Assembly: GCF_009914755.1 (NCBI RefSeq)
Contig: NC_060925.1
Source: the human T2T-CHM13v2.0 reference genome, Homo sapiens
Length of the DNA stretch: 64,000 bases
Strand: one strand, 5' to 3'
Under the pieces are notes generated by a model, which was given only the letters and a program-made list of their open reading frames with translations, had not been told where the DNA came from and did not search any database. The position numbers and the translations under genes are program-made. Positions 23,450 through 36,667 of this stretch are shown in pieces (within the stretch, counting starts at the first letter, position 1; every line of letters begins with the position of its first letter).

Positions 23450-26400
23450 AATATATTATGCTACAAAAATATTTTTGGCAAAATAACATTAATAGCATCT
23501 TTCTTTGTCTTCTATTTATACTCTTAAAGGACTCTTCATGATAATTCACAGAGGTGAGGGGCAGAGGTGATAAGAGAACAACATCATGAATACCTTTCAA
23601 ATACATGAATCTGAAGCCTGTGTTGCACAGTGAATCAACTCGGGGACAAGCTCTGTGAGGCTCAAGAATGGGGCAGGGGCTCTGGCTTCCTCTGTTCTGG
23701 GCTAGAGCCTCCTTTGGCTGAATCAGCCCCTGCCCACCCCAGCCACTGGGGACCCAAGATGTCTGAGAGCCCTTTGTCCCTGGCAGCTCACCGGAAACAT
23801 CTTAGACTTGGATCCCGTTCAAAGCCCACTTTCCCCACAGCAGGACTGGGATGAAGGGGGCCTTGGAGGCATGCTACTCTGTCACCTTTCCCACCTCCAC
23901 ATGCTTTCAATCCCATGGCAGCCTGTGGGTCCTGGGAAGAAAGCCAAGCACCTCATCTCCATGGAGGCCCAAGATTGTCCATGTCACCCCTGCCCTCCAG
24001 CCCTAGAACTGCCCAGGCAGGAATCAAGGTCTTCATTTGACAGATGAGGAAGTGAAGGCTCAGAGAGGGACAGGAACTTGCCCAAGGTCATCCAGCAAAG
24101 TGAAGGAGTATCCAGAGTATCTCCGGAAAGGAAGAGCCCAGCTCCCACTTGGAGAAAGGGTGAGGATAGCCGATGCTCCCTGGAAAGAGCCAAGTAGGGG
24201 GTCAATCAGTTCTCGTGAACCCTTTCCTCCCCTGGGGTCAGGGAGTGGGGCAGAGCGGGAAGGAGCTCTGGGCTGGGCTGCAGGCCTGGGTTCCAGTTCA
24301 CTCCTCCTCCACCTTTCAGAAGTTCCCCCACCCAAAGGCAGCAGTCAAGCCCAGCTGGGTCATTGAAGGGGGCGCTGTGAGGGGTGGTGGTGGTTGTGGG
24401 TGGAGTGGGGAGGCTGGACTTATTCCTGAACCTTACTGGTTTAGACAGCCAGCGGGGTGATTTTTTTTGGCTGCTCAGATGAATTTCTGGAAAAATAACA
24501 ATGTTCATAGAACTTGATCATTGCAGAGCCAGGAGGGACCCTCAATGTCATCTACACCAGGCCCTTGGCAAGATGTCAACTCTCCTACCACTTCTTCAGC
24601 CAGTGGGCACACTGCCCCTGCTCAAACACCTCTCCCGATGGGAAACCTGCCACCCTTGGGGGCTCCGGGCCATCCCCAGACAGCTTTGGCTTGGTGGAAA
24701 TTATGCCACTGGTGGAACTAAGGTCTGCCTCTCTCCTTCTTTTCTGCCTTCATTCCTTTCTTCCTCCCCTTCCTTCAGCTTCCTTCCCTTCCTTTCTCTC
24801 TCTACACATCTGTTGAGCACCACCTTTGTGTCAGATGAGGGTACAAAAACAAATTTACATGACCCCTGCCATTAAGCTGCTCACAGTCCGAGAGGAGCAG
24901 ATACACACTAGATAGTCACAACACTGGGCAGTGGGTATTGTGATAGATGCTAAGAAAGCACAAAGGAATGGGAGGGGGCTTCCTGGAGGAAGTGCTATCT
25001 GTGTTGATCCTCAATGGATGAGCAGTTACAGGGGAGAGAAGGGAGTTTCCAGGGGTAGGGAGCAGCATGTGTGAAACATCCTGTCTATTCTAGAGATGAC
25101 TGCACATCACGCTGGCCAGGCACAGGGTAAGAGACATGAGAGACGTGGCTGGTCAGCAGGGTTGGGTCACGAAGGGTCTAGCGGACACTTCAGGGTGAGG
25201 CTGAGGACTCTGGTTCTTATCTCACAGTCACTGAAAAACTATCACCAGCCCCAATTCTGCTGTCTGCCACACAGGATGCCATCAAAGCTGCAATTCCCTG
25301 GAGAACTTCTCTTGTCCTTCACAGCATTTTCAATAGACTTTCCTTTTGGTAGAAGGACTTTCCCTCCTCTTTGGGATCCACTGTGACAATGGCCCTGGGC
25401 TGGAGATTAGGCAAGTGGGACAAGGGGCCTGAGCACCTAGGCTTGTCCAGGTCTAGCCGAGGCCAGGAAGTTGTAGATAACACATTATTTAGCATGAAGA
25501 AAATATGCTTAGGGTCTTTCAATGCAAGGACAAATTTGTTCATAACCAGCACAAGGTTCCATGCTTCCTAGATCCCAGATCTTTGACTCTCAGGACTGGA
25601 GGCATCCTCAGCAGCCCTTTGCAGCTCCCTGGCAGCCTGATTCTTCTCCCTCCACTGTGGATGACAGGGCTCTCCCTGTCTTCATCTGGCTGCTGGTGCA
25701 TCAGACCCACCACTGGAGGAAGACCTGGGGACATGGCCATTCCAACATGCCCCAGAGAGCCCTTCATCACACAGTCAGCTTTCGTGAGAGGTAGAGGACC
25801 CAGGGCCACAATAACATGCTGCCCGACCTTAAGCAGATCACTTTACCTGCTGGGTCTCAGACCTTTCATCTTTCCTGCCTGCCTCACAGTCAAACAGAAA
25901 AGTCTAAGAAGTGCACACAAATTTCTCAGAGCAACAGGAGCATTTTATGAGGCTGGGCACAAAGAACGTTTCTGGAAGAAATGTCAGTTAGTGGTGGATA
26001 GATCGTGTCAAAGGTGTGGGTTGCTGCTTATGGAATGGTGGTTCTCTGGCCCAGGATGAGAGAATTCAAGTGCCCCAGACATGCAGATTCCTGCATATGT
26101 GCCTCAAGTCTTTTGGGTCATAAGTCAGCAAGTTGAGTTCATTTCAGACCCTGGCCAGCTGGTGGTCCTCAGAGATCAGTGAACTTTGGCAACAGATGTC
26201 TGACCACATTGGCTCTTGCTCTCCTGTAGGTACATGTCTACTCCATCGGTTAGTCTAGCCATCTTTCTTTAAACACTTGAATTAGGGTAAGGGAGAGTTT
26301 AGGATCCCCTAATATGCCCAGAGGAGGGATCTGGGAAAGACTAAGGCTGAATCTTCCTGAAGTTAGGGGCCAGGACGACGTAATCTAGCATTGCACTGCT

Positions 26401-27689
26401 TGTCCCATCTTGATAATGAGTTCCTCTGGGCCAAGGAGAGTGGTTAGATTCAGCTCTAATACAGAGCCTGGCATTGCATGTGCTCAGTAATTACAAGCTG
26501 CATTAATTTACCTTCTTGGCTCAGTGCCTGGCACAGATCTGGGCACACGGTCAGGTGCCTGGACTGTTTACCCAAATGCTTCATCTTTAATTAACCTCAA
26601 GCTCCATCTCAATACGTCTCACGCCATACTCTGCCCCAAACAGAGAGGAATCTGGCCTGTGTGCTTCTAATTCCTTTACACTTATCTCATCCAAATAGTG
26701 CACTGCACGATCCGTTTGATGTCCAACTTCTGAGCCTGCTTTATAAGTCAGCTAAGCCCCTTCCCGCTCAGAAATAGGAAGTCACATTTTTGCCAAGGAT
26801 AAACCAACTCCAGCCTGGATTGAGGTCAAGTTCAGTTTAGAGCATGGTGCCCACAGGGCTGGCTGGGCCCTCTAAGGCAGAGCTCCAGTCTCCTGCCAGG
26901 TCTCAAGCTCAAACACGTCCATCAGGGCTGAGCTGTAAAGAATTCAGCTGCCTGCCAAGATGCCCGTGGGACTCCTGACCATCCCATGAGCTGCCCAGAA
27001 CTTGCCGTCTCAGAAGGGAGATAGCTGCCAAGCTGGGCAAGATGGCACTGGGGCCAATTAGCTGCCATCAAGCCTGCCAGGGAAACCCACGAAGCTATAA
27101 AGTTGGGGTGCACTGGGCTGGGAGTCAGCAGGCCCACCCGGCTGTGCAGCCTTGGAGAAGTGTCTCCTCTCTGTGGGCCTTATTATTCCTCCTACTGTTA
27201 CTATTATCCATCAAGTGAAGGGTCCTTTCTGCTGTCAGGTTCCAGGACTCTGTAATTACTGAGGCACCTGCCCCATAGGGTTTCAGGCCTCCCAGGTGGG
27301 AGTTAGCCCACCTGGGTCCTCTGTCTCCTCAACCACCACCTTGAGGAGCCGAGGGGCTAAAGTCTCTCGGAGTCCCTGTCACCTGCCTCCCCACTTGGCT
27401 GCTGTGCCTCCCCAGGTGCCCCACAGCTGTGCCCACCTCTCAGCCTTTGATTTGGCAGGAAAGCTTCTCGTGGGCTCCAAGATCTGGCAAGTCAGGACAT
27501 GCGACACATGGCACATGCAGTTGCCAGAGCCCTTTGGCCAGAGGGGTCAACATAAGCAGCCGGCCAAAAGGTTTCTTGGTGGAGTGAAAGCTTGTGCTGG
27601 CCCCAGTTTGGGTGAGATCTGCTCCCTTGCAGAGAGAACGTGGCAGAACAGGGAACAGGAGGCAGGAATTGTTTTGCATCACACTGATC

Positions 27690-27880
27690 TGGGGCCACAT
27701 CCTGGCTGGGGGATCTTCAGCAAGTCCCTTCGCCTCTTTGGGGGGCTCAGTTTCCTCATCTGTGAAATGGGGATAGTCACATCTCACAGAACTAGCGCAA
27801 GAATCAGTGAAGCAAGTGTGCAAAGTGCTTGCCACGCTGCAGGCTTTGGAAAAATGGCAGCTCTCATTACTATTAACATC
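27690..27880 (+). mobile_element. MIR within the 3' UTR (one of many MIR cores in the window)
   Basis: Core ctcagtttcctcatctgtgaaatggggatagt. Similar cores near 9595, 13675, 21915, 24035, 29570, 30455, 41670, 47025, 53815 and 60070. Confidence 0.75.
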
Positions 27881-28535
27881 ATGTGAGGCCTAAGCCCCTG
27901 TCTCTAAAACTGCCCTCCTGTGCCCACTCCAGTCCCTCGGCCCAGCTCAATCCATTTAGCCAGGACTTCAACAGCCTCTCCTTTAACCCAAGCTGGATTC
28001 ATGACACCAGAACAGAGAGGTCTGGATTTATGTCCTCACTCTCCCACTTGCCGTGTGACCTTGGGCTACCCACCTGGTTCTCTCTGGATCTCAGTTTATT
28101 CATTTGTTCTGTGGGGTGGGGACTGCTTTCCTCAGCACCAGTATCCCACCTCCCACCCCACCCCAGCGCTTTGGTTGAAAACACTTACCAAGAGCTCTGG
28201 AGGGCCAGATAGACACTCAGGGGTTTCACAATAGCAGCATTCTCTTTCCTAAATTATCTTCCCAGGCCGCGGGTGCATCCAGCAGAGGGGAGGATGGCCA
28301 ACGTTCACACCTCTGGCTCCCAAATCCAGCTTCACAAAGGCTAAGCCTGCCTGCCTGCCCCTCCTGCTGAGGGCCCCACAGTCGGAGAAGCCAAACCCAG
28401 ACCCAGGAGGCTTCGGTGATCCAAGAGCAAGCCAGTCCAGAGCCACAGTCCACAGGAGGTCACTGATGTCCCGGGTTCCCCTCCCGGGCCAGCACTAGGG
28501 CTAGGGGGTTATAACACAGGCCACATAAGAATAGT

Positions 28536-28571
28536 TTTATCGGTAGAATAAATACATTTTTCTTTTTTAAT
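28536..28571 (-). terminator. Candidate proximal polyadenylation region (ATTAAA 28566-28571, GATAAA 28536-28541)
   Basis: AU-rich island ~230 nt after the stop in an otherwise GC-rich UTR, with TGTA motifs upstream. Confidence 0.4.
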
Positions 28572-28800
28572 ATGGACACGTATTTTACAAAAGAGCCCCA
28601 TAGCACTATGGGAAATTAAGATCCTTCTACAAAAAAGAAGATGTAACTTGGGTACAGTAAAGCTCTAGAGTGTCTAGCCAATCCCATGTGGACTGCCCTC
28701 GACGTGTTGGGCACCCCCTGGAGGTGGTGGCAGGAGCAGTTGGGTGTGGCCGAAGACCCCTGTGTCATTTCTCTGGCTTCTCCACTTGGGGTGGCCGAGG

Positions 28801-29005
28801 TCAGGAGGGCCCAAGGCTATGCAGCAGGAAGCAGACAGCGATGGTGGTGGCGATGGCGGGGAGAAGGCCCAGGGTGGGTGCCGAGCTGCTGGCGGGCCCT
28901 GGCGGGTCCTGCTGTTGTAGCTGGTCTGAAAGCTGGAAGGGGGGCTTGGCGGTCCCCGAGCTGTGGGTGGGCTGCAGGGGCAGCGGGGGTGGTGAGGCGG
29001 TGGTG
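28801..29005 (-). CDS. TRABD2B: TRABD2B last coding exon (coding part, 205 nt incl. TGA); C-terminal hydrophobic GPI-type membrane signal
   Basis: Acceptor ...cttcctcctttccag|. Translates (S)[67 protein letters not shown]. The four exons total 741 nt in one frame. Confidence 0.96.
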
Positions 29006-32000
29006 CTGGAAAGGAGGAAGCACATGGCAGAGTCACCATCGGCAGCCTCGTCCTGGGCAGAAGCCTTGGGGCTCAGATCTGATTTTTTCAGGTCTATTTT
29101 GCCTAATACAATGGAGAAGGGAACAAGGAGCTTGAGCAGGCAAACCGGGCAGCCCAGAGCCACACAACCAGCCTGGCTGAGCTCCAGAGTCCACACGGAC
29201 CCCCTTTGCCGGGCTCTGGGGGATGGGCCAGGCCCTGGCAGCCACAGGTTGTCACATCTCAGCCACTCAGATGTCACCACTCGAGAGAATGGGTCCCAGG
29301 CAGAAAGAATAGTGTTTTGGGGAGATAGATCTGGGGTACCATGGGGTGGTCAGTCATCGACGTACACAGGTGCCCTGCCTGCTGGCTGCTCTCCCCTTGC
29401 AGACCGCCAAAACACGCAGAAAACAAGACAAGCAACCCCACCGCGTTCCCTGCCATTATCATAACTACCGCTTGTTGAGCATCCATCATGAGCTCAGCAC
29501 TTTCCAAGCAATATTTCTGATCCTCATAACAAGCCTTCAAAATGGGTCTCATTGCTCCCTTTCCATGAATGAGAAAACTGAGGCTCAGAGAGGCTGTGTG
29601 GTGGCTGGCGGGGAGGCTACCTGGTGGTCAGGTCCCAGAGGAAAGTGGGAGTGGGACGCCATGAAGCAGGAGCCCTGGGTCTGCCTTACTTTGCACAGTT
29701 GCAGGATATGTTTAGTGAGAGGTGCAGTCTTTCACGAATTTACAAAAACAGAATCTAGTTTTGGAAATAACAGGTGAGATTCTTGGCTCAAGAAAGCCCA
29801 CGTGACAGAGAGAGATGGAAGGAGAGTCAGGGCAGGAGCCAACTGGAAGCTGACCTGAGCCCAGCACACGGTGGCCTTGGGAAGCTGGAGGCGGGGGCAG
29901 GGGGTACTCAGGGCCAGGTTACTGGCTCAGGTCCAGGAAAGAGACATAGGAAATGGACAGGCAGAGAGAGACAGAGGCTAACACAGGGACTGAGGAGGGA
30001 GTGCACAACTACAGAGGCCTAGCAGAGAGGTCAGGAGGCTGACAGGAGACCTGTGGACGAGAGGGACAGGCTCTGGGATAGAGAAACAGGCTGGGCCCTG
30101 AAGTAATGGCCATGCCTATCCTCGAGGAACCCTGAGCAGGCAGGAGGCAGACAGAGATGCAGATGCAGACAGAGGAGCCCACAAGCCCCGTCACCCAGAG
30201 GGGAGCACCGGGGGGCAGCAGGTAGATGAAGGGAAGGCCATGAGGGCCTCCCGGAAGCAGGGAGGCCACAGTCAGCCTGAAAGGCATAGTGAATTTAGTT
30301 TGAGCATGGGGAGGGCACTCCTGGACGGTGAAAAAAGAACGTACAGAGCCCTGCCCCTGCACCAGGCTCTGTGTGAAGCACTGGCCACTCTTTAACCTTT
30401 GGACCTCATGACAACACTGGGAGGCAGGGATGACTGCTGTCCCCATTGTACTTAGGAAGAAACTGAGGCACAAAGCGGTTAAGTGGCTTTCCTCCAAGAC
30501 ACAAAACAGGGCCAGGATCTGAACTGGGCACACAGTAGGTGCTCAATAGCAGATGGGTGGGCAAGAAGCTTGCCCTTCCCTTTGGGCTGGCCAGCCTAGA
30601 GGGTAGGCTGTAGAAACAGGGCAGGGCAGGCTTCATGGGGTCTGCAGCATGCGTGCCTTCCTGCCACGCTTCCCACTGCTTGCCCCACCTCGACAGGCTG
30701 CCCTGGGTCACTCCGGGCTGCATTTCCTCGGGCTGGGCCGTGAGGTCCTAACAGCTGGCCATAATCACAGTGGTGACAGCCTGTAATCACCACCACCAGA
30801 ACTAAGTCCAGGCCACCGTCCTGGCCAGACGCCTCTCACATAGCCCTGGCTCAGCTTCAGCTAGGCCAGGTGGGCAGGGGAGGGAACCCGGGGCCACCAA
30901 GCATATCCTGACTCCACATGGGCTCTTGGCTTGGGAGCAGGTGTCCAAACGGCCTCTGGCACTCTGTCCTGGCTTGACGTATGTCATTAAAGAGAGGGGT
31001 CCTCACTCACTGCCCCATCCCTCTCTCCCTTTACTTTCTTCCGGTGATGCTCTGGCCTTCAGCACCCCCTGCAGTTGCATAAGGTTCCTTTCAACCTGGT
31101 GTGATGTGCCATGATCTTCTGTCTTTAGAGAGACTCCAAGGAACTATCAGGAGGGGAGGGAGCAAACTCTTGTTCCACCCAGAGGATGCAGGGATGGCGT
31201 TTCTGAGTAGAGTGTGTGTGTGTGGAAGTGGGGGGGGAGGGCCAGGTGGCTTCCAATGTCCCTTACACACCCACAGAATCAAGCATGTTGTGCCTCCCAC
31301 CCCATGCCGGCCTGATCTGGCCTGACTGCCCTCCCCTTTCATGGTTCTCTCAACACATACCACCCTCTCCATCACACCTACAGTCTTGCTGCCATTTTCC
31401 TACTCACCTTCGAAGGCCAGACTCAATGCCCTTCCCCTGGAGGGCTTCTTTGATCTGCCTTCCATCCCTCAATGCCACTTGGGGCAGTTAAGGCTTCTCC
31501 CAAACCTTGTACATTTCTCATTGACCTCTCTGTGTTGTAGGTCTCCATTTATTATACGTAGTTTGCATGGGTTTCTATATGTAACGTGCTTTGAACAGTG
31601 CCTGGCACACAAGAAGTGCTAGAAGAGGTTGGCTATTTTTAGCATCATTATTAATATTTTTGTGTCTGTGTCTCTCCTAATAATAACACCTTCCACTTAT
31701 AGAGCACTTACAATGTGCTGACATACATTGCTTGGTGCTATACACGTGTTATGTTATTATTATTCCCCTTTCTAAGGTGTGGAAACTGAGCTTGAAGGAC
31801 TTCAGATTTCTTGCAAGAGACAGTGTCTCCCCAGCCTGAGACAGGCCAAGGAGCCGTCCCTGAATGAACAGATGAGCAAACCCCTGATGGAGAGCCCATG
31901 AGCGAAGCGTGGGTGCTTCCGGCTGAGATCTCTCAAACCCGCAGATGGAGGCTTGCCAGGCGGGGACACTGAGGCCTCATCTGGCCTCAGCCCCTGGAGG

Positions 32001-33953
32001 GGATTAGTGCCTGTGCCGGGCAGGGATCATTACCTCAGCCCCTTTCCTCCCTTTCTTTTCTAATGAAAACAAAAACAAAAATAAAAAAAAAGAAACCCAC
32101 ATACAAAACACAAGAAGTCCATAAAAACGTCCTCCTAGCTGCTGCCCCATCCTTTCAGCCTGAGGAACTGTTGGTTTGGTGGGCTGGCTTCAGGACAGCA
32201 GGCTGGTGTGCCCCTTGAGGTGCCCGGAGCTGGGGCCCCCACCATCAGAAGGCGAGACCAAGTAGGAGTTATGAATACTATGTCTCACAAGGTGCCCAAA
32301 GGCATTTTCTTTCACACTTTGAAAACCAAAGATGAAAACTCCCGCTTGGAGCCTGAGTGGGCTTTTTATTGCTTGGCAGGAGTCCCAGAGAAATGGGGCA
32401 GGACTGGTGGGTGGGGGGTGTGGAGGACAAGCCCCTCCAAATGCCCCCAGCCCACCTCCTGGGCCTGATTCTGCTCACAAAGCTCAGTCCCCCAGTCCAG
32501 ATCCCCACCCCTTCCTAGGCTCACAATGGGGGAAACTGTCTCATGGCAAAGTGGCCTCAAAGCCAAACCAAACACTGCAAGTGTTCCCAGGCTCCACAGA
32601 TGGCTGGCACCAAGAGGCCGCATCGGCTCTGAGTCAACAGGGACCCCAAAGTGGGGAAGAGGCCCTCTGCTTGGGCAGAAGGCAGAAGCCTGGCTCTAGC
32701 CTGTAGTGCGTTCCTGGCTTGCTGTGTGACTTTGGCAAGTGCTATCCTCTAGACCTCGGTTTCCCCATCAACACAATGAACAGGAACAGACCCGTGGACT
32801 TTAAAATGTTTACTAGCAGCAGAAGCCAGAGCGAGATCTTAGGTGGAAGCCCAAGGCAGAAAGCAAGGCTGTGTGTGTCTGAGACACTGTCAGCTGTCTG
32901 ACCATGAGGCACCTCCAAGGGGCTCCCTGGAGCAGGGGTGGGTCTTGGCACTAGAGGGTCTCTGAGAGCCATCCCAGTCTAGGATCTGGGCATCCCAAGC
33001 CTTCTTGCCGGTACAAGGGGCTGGTGGGCTGTACCCTGACTGACCTCCTTAGAGAGCTTTTCAGCCTGAGGAGACCGGATTTGGGGCACACAGGGCCTGG
33101 GTCACAGGTGGCCCTCTGCCTGGGGATAGAGATCTCACTGTGATCACTTAGCAGAGACCCTGTTGTGATGCCAGTCTGGGCCTCAGCCTCTCTGGGCCAA
33201 GCAGGTCGGATGAGAGATCCAAAGCAACTGGTTTGCCTGCGGCTCTGGGTATCTAGGACTTTGTGATATCTAGGGCTCCTCCCGCCTCCACACCTTTGTC
33301 CACATGGTCTTCTGTGCTGGGAATGCCTTCACGCTTTGCTCAGCCTCACTGGGCCATGACTGATCAATTCCATCTTGGGCACAGGGCAGACAGGCTTGTT
33401 TTCTAATAGCTTCATAGCAGACCATAGCTGGAAGGGCCTGTCTGTCCCTCAGATGGGAAACTGGGCCCAGAGAGGAAACGGGACTTACCAAGATCACTCA
33501 GGAGAGCTGAGGCAGGGTCTCTGGACTGTGGCTCCAGGGCTCTTCAGTGGCACCACACTGGAAGCCATCTGTCCCTGGCCATGACACGAGACTTTTCCTC
33601 TTCCTGTCCCTCACTAGCACTAAATGCAGTATGTGCCCAATATGTTCCTGTCAAACTGGGGGAAGTTCACAGCACCCAACCAATGCCTCATTTAAGGGTT
33701 TGGCCAAAGGCCCTTTCTGCTAGGGTAGGGGGCTGGTCATCTCAGACCAGAGACTCTGAAAGTCACAGGTGTCAATACCAGCTGCAACTGTTACCGAGTG
33801 TTACTGGTGGTCTGATGCCAGCTTAAAGCTTACGAGCATCATCTCACATAATCTCTAAGCCTCAAAGTAAGTAAAAGGGGGGACTGGATTTGAACCCCAT
33901 TCTGCCTGAATTTGTCTGTTTTTATTCATTGGATGATCCTGCTTCTCATTCTC

Positions 33954-34015
33954 ATGGGGGCATCTTCTACCTCGAATCTGATGGGGTCATCTTCTGCCTC
34001 TAATCTGATGGGGTC
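33954..34015. repeat. 27-bp tandem repeat, 2.3 copies
   Basis: ATGGGGGCATCTTCTACCTCGAATCTG / ATGGGGTCATCTTCTGCCTCTAATCTG / ATGGGGTC. Confidence 0.9.
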
Positions 34016-36301
34016 CTGTCCTCACCTGGAGACTCTGCCCATCTCGAACCATCCCAGAAGGAGGACTGGCTGTGCTATGGGGAACTGGAGCTGGAGAATC
34101 TGGGGGCAGGAGGGAGACACTGCGTCTCTTCCCCTCTTTGAGAGCTCTAGCCATCTGCTCAAACTTCAGGGGAAGCTGAGACCCAGAGGACAATGACTCT
34201 GTGGCACATGTGTCCTGCACCCCCTCCCCCTGCATGGTGGAACTCACCAAGGCTCTGTATCTGTCTTGTCACCCACCTCTGTGCCCTGCTTTGGGCCATG
34301 CCTGACACTGGGAAGGTAGTCTCTTCCCTACACCTGGCCAGCATGACTTGCCCAAGGACTTCCAATCTAGATGGCCCAGACATTCTGCTCCCTGTTTATG
34401 AAACTCCCCTTCCTCTCCCATGTCAGCTGTGGACTTGGAGAATAAGAGCTGGCATGACCTCCAAAGACCCATCAAGGCCCTAACTGCACAAAAGGAGAAA
34501 CAGAAGGAGTAGTACAGGTCCCACGCTGCACAGAAATGACCTCTACCCTGTTTTAGAGCACCCTGGTCACAGCCCTGCCCTTCCCCCAAGCCTGGCTCTC
34601 AGCGGTGGGGGTTCCCCAAGAATATTCTGCCACTGCACAGCCATCTGTGGACACACGCTTCGTCTGCCCTTTCCATGGGTCCCCATAAATCATCCTGCCA
34701 TGGGCTACTGCTTCTCTAAACTTCCTCCAGTGTGTGTTTACATCTCCGGTAATGAGGGGCAAGGGGGAGGCCAGCCTGTTCCAGGTGGCATCCGGGACAG
34801 GCACTCCAGGCGCGTCCCTGGCTCACTCCCTCCTTCTCACACTCGCTCCCAGCCCAACCCGGATCTGATCCTCACGGCCTCCCAGCCTGGAGCATGAGTG
34901 AGGACTCGCAGTCTGTGCTACTGTGTCAGGACAGGGGCACCCACCGGCACTGCGTGGAGGAAGGGAGGCCTCAGCTGGGCCAGGGAGAGGGGGAAGGGCA
35001 ACCACATGGTGCTGGGTGATGACAGCGACCCTTAGGGTCAGGCAGGTCTGCCTGACTCTCTGCCTGGCCTTAGGCAAGTTACCTAACCTGCTGAGTCTGT
35101 TTCCTCTGGTATAAAATAGGCCTACCTTCCACAATTCTTGACAGAAAAAGGGACAGAATGGAGGCAGGTATCTGGCACAGCAGGGGAAGCTTGACAAATA
35201 TCCACTGGCACCCCACTCCAAGCAGAGAGAGGAGCAGGACGAAGGTGTGGAGGTGGGACGGGGCACCTCGGGTGGCACTCAGCCTGGTGAGGACAGGGGC
35301 AGCAGACCTCGAGGAAGCAGTGTGGTGGCTGAGGCGGAAAGAAGGTGAAGGCCCTGCATCTGGGCTGAGCAGCGGCGTGGGGGCACTGTAGGACCCCAGG
35401 CTGAGGAGCGGCCATATGGGAGGGCACTCGGGGCCAGGACGACAGGTGCAAGATGAGCTGGGAGAGGTGATGGGGAGTAGGAGATGGCTCCAATGGGGTT
35501 TCGGAGGAGAAAAATGAGAAATGGGAGTAAAAGCTTCCCCAAAAATGGTTTTGTTAGAAGGACTATCAGTGGGCCCCAGGTCACCCCCAGAGAGCTCTCA
35601 TCTGCTTCTCTTAGAAAATTGGAAACCTGGGGACTGCAGGAGGGTGGGATGAGTCCCCTGGGAGCAACGGAGGCTGTGCCCTGCACCTGGGCCTCTCAGG
35701 GAGCTCAGGGCCTGCTCCCCTAGAAGCGGCAAGAAATTTCAACAAACAGGCTGCCAGGCGGTGGTGGAAACTTTCTTCTCCAACCCAATCAGATGGAATA
35801 AAGTTAGCCAACTGCAATTTACCTGTGGGGACAGAAAAGGGGCTCCCTTCTTGCCAAAGAAAAGCTGTTTTCTTCTCCTGAAATCAGGCTCTGTGTTTCG
35901 GAGCTATGTGTTGTGAGAAGGAAGCCGTTTGGAGTCATTTGCTGAAATTTACCTTCAGACATGGTTAGGGGCCGGAGCTCCATTGCTGGAGCTGACAGCC
36001 CAGCTTCCCGTCACCCCATGGGCTGGCCCCACCACTGGCCAGGTCTCCTGATTACCCTAGTGTGTTGATCAGGGCTCTGAGTGACCAGCCTAATTGGAAC
36101 TTTTAATGGGTTGCCAGCTCCTTCACTTGCTTCAAGCCTCCCTGGCAGCTTGCAAACCCTCCCTGCCACTGACGAAAGTGGCTCTCAGTAACTCTATGCC
36201 CTCACTCCCGATTAGAAGGGGGAGGCCCATGCTGGGCACGTGAACCAAATGTGTCATAGCCAATATAGCCACAGTAATGCCTCTGCCTTAGGCAGGCAGG
36301 G

Positions 36302-36667
36302 TGATATGGTTAGGCTGTGTCTCCACCCAAATCTCATCTTGAATCGTAACTCCCATAATTCCCACGTGTTGTGGGAGGGATCTGGTGGGAGAAAATTGAA
36401 TCATGGGGGCGGTTTCCCGCGTACTATTCTTGTGGCAGTGAATAAGTCTCATGAGATCTGAAGGTTTTATAACCCCTTTGGCTTGGTTCTCATTCTCTCT
36501 CTTTGCCTGCTGCCATGTAAGATGTGGCTTTGCTCCTCCTTGCCTTCTTTCATGATTGTGAGGCTTCCTCAGCCATGTGGAACTGTGAGTCAATGAAACC
36601 TCTTTTCTTTATAAATTACCCAGTCTCGGGTATGTCTTTATTAGCAGCATGAGAACAGACTAATACA
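36302..36667 (+). mobile_element. THE1 (THE1C-like) ERVL-MaLR solo LTR with a perfect 5-bp TSD CAGGG
   Basis: TGATATGGTTAGGCTGTGTCTCCACCCAAATCTCATCTTGAA...CAGTCTCGGGTATGTCTTTATTAGCAGCATGAGAACAGACTAATACA, with TG...CA ends. CAGGG at 36297-36301 and 36668-36672. Confidence 0.95.

Larger units (their letters stand above)
23427..28800 (-). other. TRABD2B: TRABD2B long 3' UTR (~5.4 kb)
   Basis: Runs from the stop codon to an AU-rich terminal block containing AATAAA (23444-23449). The cleavage site is inferred ~15-20 nt downstream, followed by GU-rich GTGTTTCTGTGTG. Contains MIR and L2 fragments. Confidence 0.8.

Noticed and set aside
29006-29280. In-frame 5' extension of the last exon (MVTSEWLR...)
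   Set aside because: It lies upstream of a strong polypyrimidine-AG acceptor and starts at a non-ATG codon. An open frame of ~90 codons in GC-rich DNA is expected by chance.
28670-29464. 264-aa plus-strand ORF overlapping the last TRABD2B exon
   Set aside because: Antisense shadow of GC-rich coding sequence. It has a non-ATG start and no recognisable domain.
33954-34015. 27-bp repeat (and the 21-bp repeat at 18537-18592) as a CRISPR-like array
   Set aside because: Only two copies, no series of unique spacers, no cas genes, and a mammalian context. These are ordinary local duplications.
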